DNA of 56,559 nt from Rickettsiales bacterium. Its GTDB lineage: Bacteria > Pseudomonadota > Alphaproteobacteria > Rickettsiales > JBIKYU01. Where the stretch lies: contig JBIKYU010000003.1 in NCBI GenBank assembly GCA_044355085.1, forward strand, positions 1 through 56,559. Reading direction: 5' to 3'. The position numbers were made by a program, and so were the translations under genes. The notes under the pieces were generated by a model. That model ran no database searches, was not told where the DNA came from, and saw nothing but the letters and a program-made list of their open reading frames with translations. Shown one piece after another: positions 7,856-17,358 of this stretch; the first letter of the stretch is position 1, and every line of letters begins with the position of its first letter.

Positions 7856-9838
7856 TTATAAGAGATTGCAACACGAGGAGCTGTTAGCCTTTTGTTCAGC
7901 AATTATTCGTGCGTGCGGACCAACTGGCTGTTGACCTGGGACGGGAGCTGCGGCTTGCGCATTTGGATTAGCAATGCTTTCCGCAAATCTTGTTGAAACT
8001 TGCACCGCTTTCTCTTCATTGCTTCCTTCAAGGCCTGGCAAATCCCGCTCCTCGTTGCGGCCTCCTGCACCAGCTACTTGACTTGTACTGCGAGTAGATT
8101 CTGGGCGGCTCTTTGCTAATTCATTAGCCAGACTCCTTCTTATTACACCCATTCTTGCGGCGGCTGCGGCGGCGGCTTCGGGGGCGGCGGCGGCGGCCGC
8201 ACTTGCAGAAGGCGTATATACCCTGGGCCTTTGCAACTTTATCTTAAGAGGAATTAGCTCATCTTTCATTGCCTCCAATCTTATCCTTAGCGGAGTGCCA
8301 ATCTTTGCATCGGGCGCGATTATTTCAACTGCAGTCCCAGAATGCTGAACTATTGCATGACTTCTTTCAAGCATTCTAAAAGTATCTTCGTTTTTTTCCC
8401 GGAAAGCTCTAAGCACCTCGATGCTCGCAAACGTAATTGAAATTCTTGGTCTTCCACCTTCTGCTGGGGCAAATGATATTGCATTCGGATTCCCCCGCTG
8501 AAAATTAAATGCAGGAGCTGTTGCCTCAGCAATTAAACTGGCCGCTTCATTAGGAGCTAATCCCATTGTCACTCCTTCTAGCTCCAATATCGGACGAACT
8601 AAATCTGAATGCAGATTAGGGCTCTTTCTCCAAAGCAAACGAACCGCCGCATTTATGTGTAAAGCCCTATTGAATCGCAATTGTTCTGCTATTCTACCTG
8701 GCAGCTCACCATTAATTCCTACATGATGAAGATGGCGAAACTCCCTCACAAGCGATAATAATTCATCTATAGGAAGATCAGTATGCGAAAGATCAAGGCT
8801 GGTAATTTGTGGGTTCTGTCGCAATAATCCCCGCAAATCTTCTATTGCGGACGGTCTTTCCATGTCGTTGTGTGACAGATCAAGGCTGGTAACATTAGTA
8901 TTACGCAAAGCATCGCGCAAAGCTGCTATTTTTTTTGGGCTGGTGATATTATTGCCTGACAGATTAAGGCTGGTAACATTAGTATCACGCAAAGCATCGC
9001 GCAAAGCTAATATTGCGTCTAGGCTGTTAATACCATCGCGTGACAGATTAAGGCTGGTAATTTGTCGGTTCTGTCGCAATAATCCGCCCAACGCTGCTAT
9101 TATTGCTGGCCTGGTGATATTATTGCCTGAAAGATTAAGGCTGGTAACATTAGTATTAGACAAATCCAAACCTTTTATTTCGTCTTCGCCAATATTATTT
9201 CTTAAAAAACGACTGCTTGACAGATCAAGGCTGGTAATTTGTCGGTTCTGTCGCAATAATCTGATCAAATCTAATATTGCTGGTCTGGTGATATTATTGC
9301 CTGACAGATTAAGGCTGGTAAGTCGATGACCACTCAAAGCAAGGACAACATCTTGCATTTTTTCTTTTCTAATATTATTGAATGACAGATCAAGGCTTAT
9401 AATTTGTGGGTTCTGTCGCAATAATCCGACCAACGCTGCTAATGCTTCTGGGGTGTTGATCTCATTTTCTGACAGATTAAGGCTGGTAATTTGTGGGTTC
9501 TGTCGCAACAATTCACGCAAAGCTGCTAATGCTTCTGGGGTGTTGATCTTATTGGCTGGCAGATTAAGGCTGGTAATTTGTCGGTTCTGTCGCAACAATT
9601 CACGCAAAGCTGCTAATGCTTCTGGGGTGTTGATCTCATTGGCTGACAGATTAAGGCTGGTAATTTGTCGGTTCTTTTGCAATAATGTGGCCAAAGCCGA
9701 TATTGCTGCTGGATTTTTGATGCGGTTATATTCTAGATTAAGGCTGGTAATTTCTGTGTTACCTTGAAGTTCTGCGATCAACTCTTGAATTCGTTCAGGT
9801 GTATTGTAATTGTGACCCGCTTTACTTAGTTCTCTCAT
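7856..9838 (-). CDS. Leucine-rich repeat protein (ribonuclease-inhibitor/NLR-type 28-29 aa repeats) with a C-terminal CaaX-like CNLL; candidate secreted effector
   Basis: About 12 repeats of the form ..RQN(R/P)QITSLNLS.N.I(N/T).P.A(L/I)AAL..LL. Poly-Ala tracts are present. The protein ends ...SSSCCNLL-stop. RBS AAGGAAGG lies upstream. Confidence 0.85.
   Translation of the reverse strand: MRELSKAGHNYNTPERIQELIAELQGNTEITSLNLEYNRIKNPAAISALATLLQKNRQITSLNLSANEINTPEALAALRELLRQNRQITSLNLPANKINTPEALAALRELLRQNPQITSLNLSENEINTPEALAALVGLLRQNPQIISLDLSFNNIRKEKMQDVVLALSGHRLTSLNLSGNNITRPAILDLIRLLRQNRQITSLDLSSSRFLRNNIGEDEIKGLDLSNTNVTSLNLSGNNITRPAIIAALGGLLRQNRQITSLNLSRDGINSLDAILALRDALRDTNVTSLNLSGNNITSPKKIAALRDALRNTNVTSLDLSHNDMERPSAIEDLRGLLRQNPQITSLDLSHTDLPIDELLSLVREFRHLHHVGINGELPGRIAEQLRFNRALHINAAVRLLWRKSPNLHSDLVRPILELEGVTMGLAPNEAASLIAEATAPAFNFQRGNPNAISFAPAEGGRPRISITFASIEVLRAFREKNEDTFRMLERSHAIVQHSGTAVEIIAPDAKIGTPLRIRLEAMKDELIPLKIKLQRPRVYTPSASAAAAAAPEAAAAAAARMGVIRRSLANELAKSRPESTRSTSQVAGAGGRNEERDLPGLEGSNEEKAVQVSTRFAESIANPNAQAAAPVPGQQPVGPHARIIAEQKANSSSCCNLL
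8790..9750. repeat. In-frame 84-87 nt tandem DNA repeats encoding the LRR units
   Basis: The core aaggctggtaa recurs 11 times, plus one variant. Four consecutive 87-nt units at 9387, 9474, 9561 and 9648 are nearly identical by eye. Confidence 0.9.
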
Positions 9839-9881
9839 ACTAAACCTTCCTTTTCTTGTTAACTTATTAACTTCTGGGCGG

Positions 9882-9910
9882 CTTTTAATAAGCTAAGATC
9901 TGGCTGTCAA
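9882..9910 (-). promoter_or_regulatory. Sigma70-like promoter of LRR gene 1
   Basis: Minus strand reads TTGACA-17 nt-TAAAAG, about 45 nt upstream of the ATG. The -35 and spacing are conserved in the duplicated copy. Confidence 0.35.
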
Positions 9911-10228
9911 TAATTTTGCCTAGCAGGGCTATAAAAACTTTTTAATTTTCACATAATTGTCATATATGAGCGCCAATCGGCATTAAAAATGACTGGCCAA
10001 ACAACAAAGTTTTCGCCTGGCTGGTTGCAATTTCCAATATTTTCTGGTTGCGCTGGCGGATATATGCGCCAAGAATTCGTCTGATTGGATTATCCAAACG
10101 CCCATTTTTGCATTTTTCAGTTGCAGTTGCGGACGCAATCTGAGGTGCGGATTATTTTATTTCTGCAAAAAATTTTCTAGAAAATGCGCTTGGCGCGTAA
10201 AGTTGCTCAAGCGACTATTTGTTATCAG

Positions 10229-10268
10229 GAAAAATCCGAAGCAAAAGGCTGGATTAAAAACACAGCCT
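10229..10268 (-). terminator. Putative terminator of LRR gene 2 (duplicate of 7781..7820)
   Basis: Same AGGCTG/CAGCCT hairpin and T-rich tail as at 7781..7820. Confidence 0.4.
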
Positions 10269-10303
10269 CAAGCTTCAAATTATAAATAAGCGCAAATAGT
10301 TGA

Positions 10304-10906
10304 TTAACGGTTATTAGCTGCGGCGGCTGGCGCATTTTCAATAGCACTTCTTGCTGCAACAATGCTTTGTGTGTGCGGGCCAACAACTACTGGTGAAACT
10401 TGCCCCGCGGCGGCGGCGGCTGGCGGATTTATGTTTGAAGCCCTATTGAGTCCCAATTCTTCCGCTATAACTGGCAGCTCCATCACTGGGACGGAGGCGG
10501 CTGCTGCAGCTTGCGCATTTCTACTAGCAATAATGCTTCCTGCAAATCCTGTTGAATCTTGCCCCGCTGCGGCGGCGGCTGGCGGATTTATGTTTGAAGC
10601 CCTGTTGAGTCCCAATTCTTCCGCTATAACTGGCAGCTCACCATCAATTCCTACATGATGAAGATAGCGAAACTCACTCACAAGCGATAATAATTGACCT
10701 CTAGGAAGACCAGTATGCGAAAGATCAAGGCTGGTAACATTAGTGCCCTGCAAAGCCGCACCCAAAGCCGCTATTGCGTCTGTGCTGTTTATATTATTGT
10801 TCATCAGATTAAGGCTGGTATTTTGTTGGTTACGTTGAAGTTCTTCGCGCAACGCTAGAATTTCTTCGGCGCTAATATTTTGCCCCGATCTATTTAGTTC
10901 TCTCAT
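10304..10906 (-). CDS. Short LRR protein, truncated paralog of 7856..9838
   Basis: It shares the N-terminus MREL..., the TNVTSLDLSHTGLP...LLSLVSEFRYLHHVGIDGELP block and Ala-rich tracts with LRR gene 1. It has only about 2-3 LRR units and no CaaX tail (ends AAANNR). Confidence 0.75.
   Translation of the reverse strand: MRELNRSGQNISAEEILALREELQRNQQNTSLNLMNNNINSTDAIAALGAALQGTNVTSLDLSHTGLPRGQLLSLVSEFRYLHHVGIDGELPVIAEELGLNRASNINPPAAAAAGQDSTGFAGSIIASRNAQAAAAASVPVMELPVIAEELGLNRASNINPPAAAAAGQVSPVVVGPHTQSIVAARSAIENAPAAAANNR
10399..10640. repeat. In-frame direct duplication (period 159 nt) inside LRR gene 2
   Basis: 10399..10481 and 10558..10640 are near-identical. They encode ELPVIAEELGLNRASNINPPAAAAAGQ twice. 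Confidence 0.85.
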
Positions 10907-10941
10907 ATTAAACCTTCCTTTTCTTATTAACTTCTGGGCGG

Positions 10942-10970
10942 CTTCTAGTAAGTTAAGATCTGGCTGTCAA
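10942..10970 (-). promoter_or_regulatory. Sigma70-like promoter of LRR gene 2
   Basis: Minus strand reads TTGACA-17 nt-TAGAAG. It is the duplicate of 9882..9910. Confidence 0.3.
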
Positions 10971-11264
10971 TAATTTTGCCTAGCAGGGCTACAAGTGCTT
11001 TTTAATTTTCACGCAATTGTCATATATGAGCGCCAATCGGCATTAAAAACGAACTGGCCAAACAACAAAGTTTTCGCCTGGCTGGTGTTGATTTCTAATG
11101 TTATGGAAAAAAATTTTGGCGACACGCTATTAGAATAACACTTGCCTGCTCCTAAACCGCAGCGTAGTTAGTCTTGCGCGTTTTCATTTTTTCAAAGATA
11201 AAATGAAACTCCCCTGTAAAAACAAAACTCCAATTATCAGAAAATATTTCAGAACGCATAAATT

Positions 11265-13505
11265 ATGCCTCCACAAAAAATCAAAGATTCAACCATAATC
11301 ACGCCAGTTCCTTTGCATGACGCGCTGGGCGAACGTTATCTAGCATATGCTCTATCAACCATTACTTCGCGCTCTCTGCCTGATGTTCGCGATGGTTTGA
11401 AGCCAGTTCATCGCCGCTTACTCTACGCAATGCTGCAGTTAAAACTTGATCCCTCTTCTGGCTTTAAAAAATGTGCCCGCGTTGTTGGTGATGTTATCGG
11501 TAAATATCACCCGCATGGTGATACAGCTGTTTACGACACTCTCGTGCGCTTAGCGCAAGAATTTGCTGTGCGCTATCCGCTGGTTGAAGGCCAGGGAAAT
11601 TTCGGTTCAATCGATGGCGATAACGCCGCCGCCATGCGTTACACAGAAGCCCGATTAACCGATGTAGCCATTGCGCTGCTTGAAGATATTGATTCCGACA
11701 CTGTCGATTTTCGCCAAAATTATGATGGCTCCGAGGAAGAACCAACGCTCCTTCCCGCGCGCTTCCCTAATTTACTCGCCAATGGCTCGGAAGGAATTGC
11801 TGTTGGAATGGCCACCTCAATTCCGCCGCATAATCTTGATGAAATCTGTGATGCTTTACTTTTTTTGATCAAAAAACCGCAAGCAAGCGTTGCTGAGTTG
11901 CTGCCACTAATTCCTGGTCCTGATTTTCCTACTGGTGGAATTTTGGTGGAAGCACCCGATTCAATTCTCAAATCATATGAAACAGGACGCGGCAGTTTTC
12001 GCCTGCGCGCACGCTGGGAGAAAGAGCCGCTAAGCCACGGTCTTTATCAGGTTATCGTCACTGAAATGCCTTATCACGTTTCGAAAGGACGTTTGATTGA
12101 AAAAATCGCCGAACTTTTCCGCGACAAAAAACTAATGCTACTTGGAAATATTCGTGATGAATCAACCGATCAAATCCGCCTCGTTCTTGAGCCAAAAAAT
12201 CGGCAAGTAACGCCTGAATTACTAATGGAATCTCTATTCAAACTTACTGAGTTAGAAGTCCGCATACCGCTAAATCTCAATGTTTTAACTGCCAATCACA
12301 CTCCGCATGTTCTGAATTTGAAGCAAGTTCTAGAAGCTTTTCTTGCTCATCGCCATGAAGTGCTGATTCGCCATTCAAAAAATCGTCTTGGTCAAATCGA
12401 ACGCCGCTTAGAGATTCTCGCAGGATTTTTAATCGCCTATCTAAATCTCGATGAAGTAATCCGCATCATTCGTGAAGAAGACGATCCAAAAGCAAAAATG
12501 ATGCGTAAATGGAATCTTTCTGACACGCAAGTAGAAGCAATTTTAAATATGCGTTTGCGCGCACTGCGTAAGCTTGAGGAAATCGAAATTCGCACGGAGC
12601 ACGATAAACTCTCCGCTGAAAAAGCAGAGCTTGAGGATCTTCTAACTGACGAGAAAAAACAGAAAGATGCTCTTGCCAAAGAAATTAAAGCAACAAAAAA
12701 ACAATTCGGAAAACAAACCAAACTCGGTGCTCGCCGCACCGAATTATCATCAGCGCCAGATGTTCCTGATCTTCCTGCTGATGCCTTTATCGAAAAAGAG
12801 CCAATAACCGTTTTATGTTCACGCATGGGCTGGATACGCGCAATAAAAGGTCATGTGGAAGACCTAAGCAATCTAAAATACAAAGAAGGCGACGAAGGCC
12901 GTTTTGCTCTCCACGCGCATACAACCGACCGCTTGCTTACTTTTACCAGCGACGGTAAATGTTTCACTCTCTCCTGCGATAAACTGCCAGCAGGAAAAGG
13001 TTTTGGCGAACCACTTGGTTTACTATTTGATCTTGCAACAGACAGTGAATTAATCGCGCTTGAATTTTATCAGCCTGAATTACAATTGCTGCTTGCTTCG
13101 AATAATGGACGCGGCTTTCAGATTGCCGCTGAAGATGCGCTCGCGCAAACACGCAGCGGAAAACTGCTCTTTAATCTCGCAGAAAACTCTAAGCTTTCTC
13201 ACGTTCTACCCGTAAATAAATCTCTCGTTGCGGTGATTGGTGAAAATCGCAAATTATTGATCTTCCCTGCTGCAGAAATTCCGACGCTAAAACGCGGTGG
13301 CGGCGTTTGGTTACAACGTTACCAACAAGGCAGATTGTCTGATATTCAGCTCTTGGAAAAAGAGGAAGGAATAAGATGGAATTCTGGCAGCCGCATTTTG
13401 GTTGAAACTGATTTGCTGCCATATATGGGAAACCGCGCTGGCTCTGGAAAGCTTGCACCGCGCGGATTTCCGCGCGACAACCGTTTCGGCGAAGTTCCAG
13501 CTTAA
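11265..13505 (+). CDS. parC: DNA topoisomerase IV subunit A
   Basis: [44 protein letters not shown] and the catalytic [10 protein letters not shown] region are present. The 746-aa length is typical of alphaproteobacterial ParC rather than GyrA. Confidence 0.93.
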   Translation: MPPQKIKDSTIITPVPLHDALGERYLAYALSTITSRSLPDVRDGLKPVHRRLLYAMLQLKLDPSSGFKKCARVVGDVIGKYHPHGDTAVYDTLVRLAQEFAVRYPLVEGQGNFGSIDGDNAAAMRYTEARLTDVAIALLEDIDSDTVDFRQNYDGSEEEPTLLPARFPNLLANGSEGIAVGMATSIPPHNLDEICDALLFLIKKPQASVAELLPLIPGPDFPTGGILVEAPDSILKSYETGRGSFRLRARWEKEPLSHGLYQVIVTEMPYHVSKGRLIEKIAELFRDKKLMLLGNIRDESTDQIRLVLEPKNRQVTPELLMESLFKLTELEVRIPLNLNVLTANHTPHVLNLKQVLEAFLAHRHEVLIRHSKNRLGQIERRLEILAGFLIAYLNLDEVIRIIREEDDPKAKMMRKWNLSDTQVEAILNMRLRALRKLEEIEIRTEHDKLSAEKAELEDLLTDEKKQKDALAKEIKATKKQFGKQTKLGARRTELSSAPDVPDLPADAFIEKEPITVLCSRMGWIRAIKGHVEDLSNLKYKEGDEGRFALHAHTTDRLLTFTSDGKCFTLSCDKLPAGKGFGEPLGLLFDLATDSELIALEFYQPELQLLLASNNGRGFQIAAEDALAQTRSGKLLFNLAENSKLSHVLPVNKSLVAVIGENRKLLIFPAAEIPTLKRGGGVWLQRYQQGRLSDIQLLEKEEGIRWNSGSRILVETDLLPYMGNRAGSGKLAPRGFPRDNRFGEVPA

Positions 13506-13516
13506 AAATTTCTTTT

Positions 13517-14317
13517 TTATCTTTGTTTGATTTGCTCTTGCTGCTGTTGCTGATTGTAAATCAGCGCCTGGTGCTGCTGCTCTTCTTCCTCTTTCATTTT
13601 TTTGCTGCGCATACGTTTTCTCGTTTGCTCAAGCACCACTTCTAATTTTCCCTGACCAGACGCCATGGTTTGTTCAGCCGCCATCGAAGCCATCTGCTCT
13701 TTAACCGCCATTTTGAGCGCCCGCAAAGTTTCAATCATACGCATATCACGCGCAACAACCGCTTGCTGTATCTCTTGTAAATTTTCCTCATGCTCGCCAA
13801 GTAACTCCAAAGTAACACGCACATGATCAATAATTTTTTTGGATTTTTTCCCCAGCAAACCCTTAGGCATATTCTGAATTTCCTGCCTGGTTTGCTGCCC
13901 CCAATCTGCAAACATAGAAAGCTCTTCGCTATCACTCATCAGCGCAAAAATTTCATCACCAAGACGCAAAGATTCAGGTTTAGTTTTGCTTGGTAAAGCC
14001 GATTTATTCAGCGTATCGGTAACCGTTAATTCGCGCATAATATGCAATAGAGCCTCTTCTGGAAGAGAGGAAAAATCGCTCAAAAATTGGCAGATTTTCT
14101 CGCTCTTTTTATACCAAAGATGTGAATCAGAAAAGCGCTTATCTTCTTGCATTAACAGCAATAATTCTTGCATTTTTTTCACAACCGCTTGTGCATTTTT
14201 AAACATTTTCTTGCTAATGTTGCTGATTTTTTCCTCACCATTAGTAAAAACTGCGCCACCATCTAGAGCATCAGCTAAAAAATCGAAATATCGTTCCAGT
14301 TCTTTCTGATTAATCAT
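13517..14317 (-). CDS. Hypothetical all-helical protein with K/E/Q-rich C-terminus
   Basis: Long ORF with plausible composition. Its start lies 2 nt downstream of the stop of 14320..15225. I recognised no family motif. Confidence 0.6.
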   Translation of the reverse strand: MINQKELERYFDFLADALDGGAVFTNGEEKISNISKKMFKNAQAVVKKMQELLLLMQEDKRFSDSHLWYKKSEKICQFLSDFSSLPEEALLHIMRELTVTDTLNKSALPSKTKPESLRLGDEIFALMSDSEELSMFADWGQQTRQEIQNMPKGLLGKKSKKIIDHVRVTLELLGEHEENLQEIQQAVVARDMRMIETLRALKMAVKEQMASMAAEQTMASGQGKLEVVLEQTRKRMRSKKMKEEEEQQHQALIYNQQQQQEQIKQR

Positions 14318-14319
14318 TA

Positions 14320-15225
14320 TCAGCCTCTTCCATGTTCATTCCCGCCACGCGATGCTGCTAGATCTTTAACATGTGATGGCATTTTTGCATCCACATTTGG
14401 TGAAAGATTACCAAGTTTTGCGCGCGAAACATCTTCTGCTTTTATAGATTCAGATTCAACTGCATTACCTTGCATATCAACAAAAGTCACTCCAGAAGCC
14501 ATATTCAGGCCAGACTCCAAACGCCCAGCCACATCTTTTGCCACCTCCATTGCCTGTTTTGCTTGTGCTAATTGTTGTTTATAGGGAGCCAAAGCGGCTT
14601 CCGCAGCCATTTCTGCCGAACGCTTCATCTCACCCATCATTTGATTACCTGCGCGCATCAACTCCACACCAGCAACTTTTTTTAACGCCGATGATTGATG
14701 TTTATGTTTTTTTGCCGCTTCCACGAGATCATCGAAAGAACCAGACTGATTGCCAGGCGCATTTATTGAATGATGACGATAAGTTGATACCGCTTCCGCA
14801 CGTTTGCGCGCTTTTTCTTGCGTTCGCTCGATAAAAATCGTTGCAGGAGATTTACGAAAAAAATGCGCCAACTCCAAATTAATCTGCTTAAATAGCCAAC
14901 GTGTTTTTAAAAAACGACGCTTTTTCTTTTTGCCATCTAATTCCTGCTCTTCTTCAGCGCCAATGTCAGATTCAACCTCAGACTCAACAATATCAACATC
15001 TCGGCCACGCTCGGCCGAATAACCTGAAGACTGCGCAAAATCATCTTGCCCTGCGGCAAAATCTTGCTCTGTTTCCTGCTGTTTTTCCGTCTCTTGCTTC
15101 TCTGCCCGCTCTTTATCAAGATCGTGATAACGAACATCTTCCGATGTTTCGTCAAGATTAGAAAGCAACTCGAGTTTTTCTTTTTCAGACATAATCTTTT
15201 CCAAGTCATGACATATCATAGACAT
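14320..15225 (-). CDS. Hypothetical protein with acidic N-terminal third, KKKKRR patch and Ala/Gln-rich helical C-terminal half
   Basis: Long ORF, first gene of a two-gene unit. I recognised no family motif. An alternative start is ATG 15192. Confidence 0.6.
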   Translation of the reverse strand: MSMICHDLEKIMSEKEKLELLSNLDETSEDVRYHDLDKERAEKQETEKQQETEQDFAAGQDDFAQSSGYSAERGRDVDIVESEVESDIGAEEEQELDGKKKKRRFLKTRWLFKQINLELAHFFRKSPATIFIERTQEKARKRAEAVSTYRHHSINAPGNQSGSFDDLVEAAKKHKHQSSALKKVAGVELMRAGNQMMGEMKRSAEMAAEAALAPYKQQLAQAKQAMEVAKDVAGRLESGLNMASGVTFVDMQGNAVESESIKAEDVSRAKLGNLSPNVDAKMPSHVKDLAASRGGNEHGRG

Positions 15226-15295
15226 GAAATTCAGCTTGGCGCAGAAGTATTAATTTTCAGATAATACAAAATGAAATTTTTTGAAAGAAAAGCCG

Positions 15296-15754
15296 TTAAA
15301 ACTGGCTTTTTTCCTGATAACGCAAAGCAAGGTCACCTATCTGACAACGTATTTCATGCAAAGTTTTATGATGCTCGCGCAGGCGCTCTTTCTCACGAGA
15401 AATAAGATCATATTCTTCGCGCAAACTAACTTTATCGTTGCGCAATTTTTCTTCTAAAATCCGCGCCTCAGTTAGACGTTGAGCCGATTGCAGCATGACT
15501 AACTTTGCTTTTTCTTGTCTAAAATTTTGCATACGCTCTTTCCAGGATTCATCCCGCAGAGAAAAATCTTTCTCCGTCTGAAAAAGCGTTGAACGAATCT
15601 GATTATGCTTTTGCTGTAAATCTAGAAATTCTCTGGGCAGGCCAACACCAATATATTGTTGTTTTGGCACAGAAAAAGCCAAAGACGGCGCACTAAGAAC
15701 TAAGATTCCTAATAACAATCCCAAAGATAGATTTTTTCTTTTAAACACAGACAT
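15296..15754 (-). CDS. Secreted coiled-coil protein (hypothetical)
   Basis: MSVFKRKNLSLGLLLGILVLSAPSLA signal peptide, then a charged heptad-like sequence. The start was moved to ATG 15754 so that the signal peptide is N-terminal. Confidence 0.55.
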   Translation of the reverse strand: MSVFKRKNLSLGLLLGILVLSAPSLAFSVPKQQYIGVGLPREFLDLQQKHNQIRSTLFQTEKDFSLRDESWKERMQNFRQEKAKLVMLQSAQRLTEARILEEKLRNDKVSLREEYDLISREKERLREHHKTLHEIRCQIGDLALRYQEKSQF

Positions 15755-16202
15755 CGACAAAACCCCAATCTTTTTAAGAAGCTCAAAGCAAAAAAGCTTC
15801 AAGCGGTTTTACAAAACCATCCTCTCTAACAAAGACTGCATGCAATTATTGGCAGTTCAAATAATCAAGAAAATGGACTTGTTTGATTTTTAATCACACA
15901 ATCAAAACACGTCCATATAACAGTAAGTTTACATTCTCATAATCAGTAGAAGAACCTGCACATACTAACGCAGAAAAGGCGGATTATTGAGAAGAAGAAC
16001 ATGACAGGACAAGAATTTTTATAGCTCAACAGCGTAAGAGATAGAGCTCGAACACTCCCCTTTGCTCATCAAAATATGCAAGCAGAATCATCAAAAAATT
16101 CACAATCACACTAAAAAATGCACCAATCAGACCGAGCATAAAATCGCCATTTTTTATAAACACTTGAGAGCCACACAACAGAACGCTATACAGCAGCGCA
16201 TA

Positions 16203-17297
16203 ATGCGAAATTACATCCACCATCTTACGCTTGAAAATATCCGCAATCACGAGCGCTTCGAGCTCTCCTGCGCGGAAAAAAATGTCGTCATCACCGGCAA
16301 AAATGGCAGCGGAAAAACTTCTATCCTCGAGGCCATCTCACTATTTTCACCTGGCAAAGGCCTGCGCCACAGCGCTTTTACAGAAATTCGCAAACATAAT
16401 TCCACACCAAACGCGGCTGCAGTAACCGCATGGCTTAGACAAGAAAATCAGGAATATATAATCGGCACTGGCATGCCACCAGAGGCACAGAAAAGCAGCC
16501 GCCGCCAAATCCGCATCAACGGAGAGACACAGCGCAGTCAAACATCGCTGACTCACTATCTCAATGTTTTGTGGCTGACACCTGCAATGGATAGGCTCTG
16601 GCAGGAAGGCAGCAGCGGGAGACGAAAATTTCTCGATCGCTTAGTTTATGCTTTCGATCAAGAACACGCGCAAAGAGTAGCAAAATATGAATATTTTCTC
16701 CGCGAGCGACTAAAAATTCTGCGCACGCGTTTTGATAAAAATTGGCTGGACAGCGTTGAAATTCAATTATCTGAATTGGGAGTCGCCATTGAAATTGCGC
16801 GCTATGAAACCATAACCCGCCTACAACAAGATTTGCAAACACTCAGCGGCTCCTTCCCAAAACCACGCCTGGAGCTAATTTCATCGCTCAAAGATTTTTT
16901 TGATGGTAACGCGCGCTCTGCCGAATTATTTCTCGCCGAATCTTTTGCGCAGAATCGCACAATCGACCGCGATCGCGAAAGAACAAAAACTGGCCCACAT
17001 CGCAGTGATTTCTCCGCCCATCATCAAGAAAAAAACATGCCCGCAATTTACTGCTCCACAGGAGAACAAAAAGCGCTGCTGCTCTCAATTCTGCTCGCAT
17101 CTGCGCGCACACAATCTTCATGGCGACAACGCACACCAATCGTGCTTCTAGACGAAGTAATCGCGCATTTAGACCATTCGCGCCGCGAAGCACTAATTAG
17201 CGAAATTGAAAATTTACAGATGCAAGTCTGGATGACAGGAACAGAATCAGAAGCTTTCAAGAAGCTCTTAGACAAAGCTCTCCACGTGCAATTATAA
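16203..17297 (+). CDS. recF: DNA replication/repair protein RecF
   Basis: MRNYIHHLTLENIRNHERFEL plus Walker A GKNGSGKTSILEAI, the ABC signature region STGEQKALLLSILLA and Walker B IVLLDEV. The ORF-track start at 16062 adds 47 unrelated residues. Confidence 0.9.
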   Translation: MRNYIHHLTLENIRNHERFELSCAEKNVVITGKNGSGKTSILEAISLFSPGKGLRHSAFTEIRKHNSTPNAAAVTAWLRQENQEYIIGTGMPPEAQKSSRRQIRINGETQRSQTSLTHYLNVLWLTPAMDRLWQEGSSGRRKFLDRLVYAFDQEHAQRVAKYEYFLRERLKILRTRFDKNWLDSVEIQLSELGVAIEIARYETITRLQQDLQTLSGSFPKPRLELISSLKDFFDGNARSAELFLAESFAQNRTIDRDRERTKTGPHRSDFSAHHQEKNMPAIYCSTGEQKALLLSILLASARTQSSWRQRTPIVLLDEVIAHLDHSRREALISEIENLQMQVWMTGTESEAFKKLLDKALHVQL

Positions 17298-17358
17298 TTG
17301 CCTAAAATATATGTTTTGCCGCACGATGCAGAGCATGAAAATAAACGACAAAAATAAT

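Larger units (their letters stand above)
7767..10053. repeat. Segmental duplication unit A (3' flank + LRR gene 1 + promoter flank)
   Basis: The flanks 7767..7858 and 9839..10053 are near-identical to 10215..10306 and 10907..11092. Confidence 0.85.
10215..11092. repeat. Segmental duplication unit B (3' flank + LRR gene 2 + promoter flank)
   Basis: Same flanks as unit A. The gene body is a shortened paralog. Confidence 0.85.

Noticed and set aside
8790-9750. Regularly spaced short repeats that could superficially resemble a CRISPR array
   Set aside because: The repeats are contiguous in-frame LRR coding units with similar 'spacers'. No cas genes or leader are present, and the whole region is one open reading frame.
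8862-9767. Plus-strand ORFs 8862..9329 and 9378..9767 with periodic DRLRLV(I)C(R/G)FCRNN motifs
   Set aside because: They are antisense read-through of the LRR gene. The periodicity is just the reverse complement of the 84-87-nt LRR units. The minus-strand product has a clear LRR consensus, an RBS and a promoter.
16196-16224. gcgcataatgcgaaattacatcc, which resembles the XerC half of a dif site
   Set aside because: The right half does not match the XerD arm (no TTATG...), and the sequence lies within the recF start region.
16026-16250. 74-aa minus-strand ORF with two hydrophobic segments, divergent from recF
   Set aside because: It overlaps the well-aligned recF start (16203) by 48 nt and has no convincing RBS. 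It could be a real small membrane protein if it starts at an internal Met, but I cannot support it.
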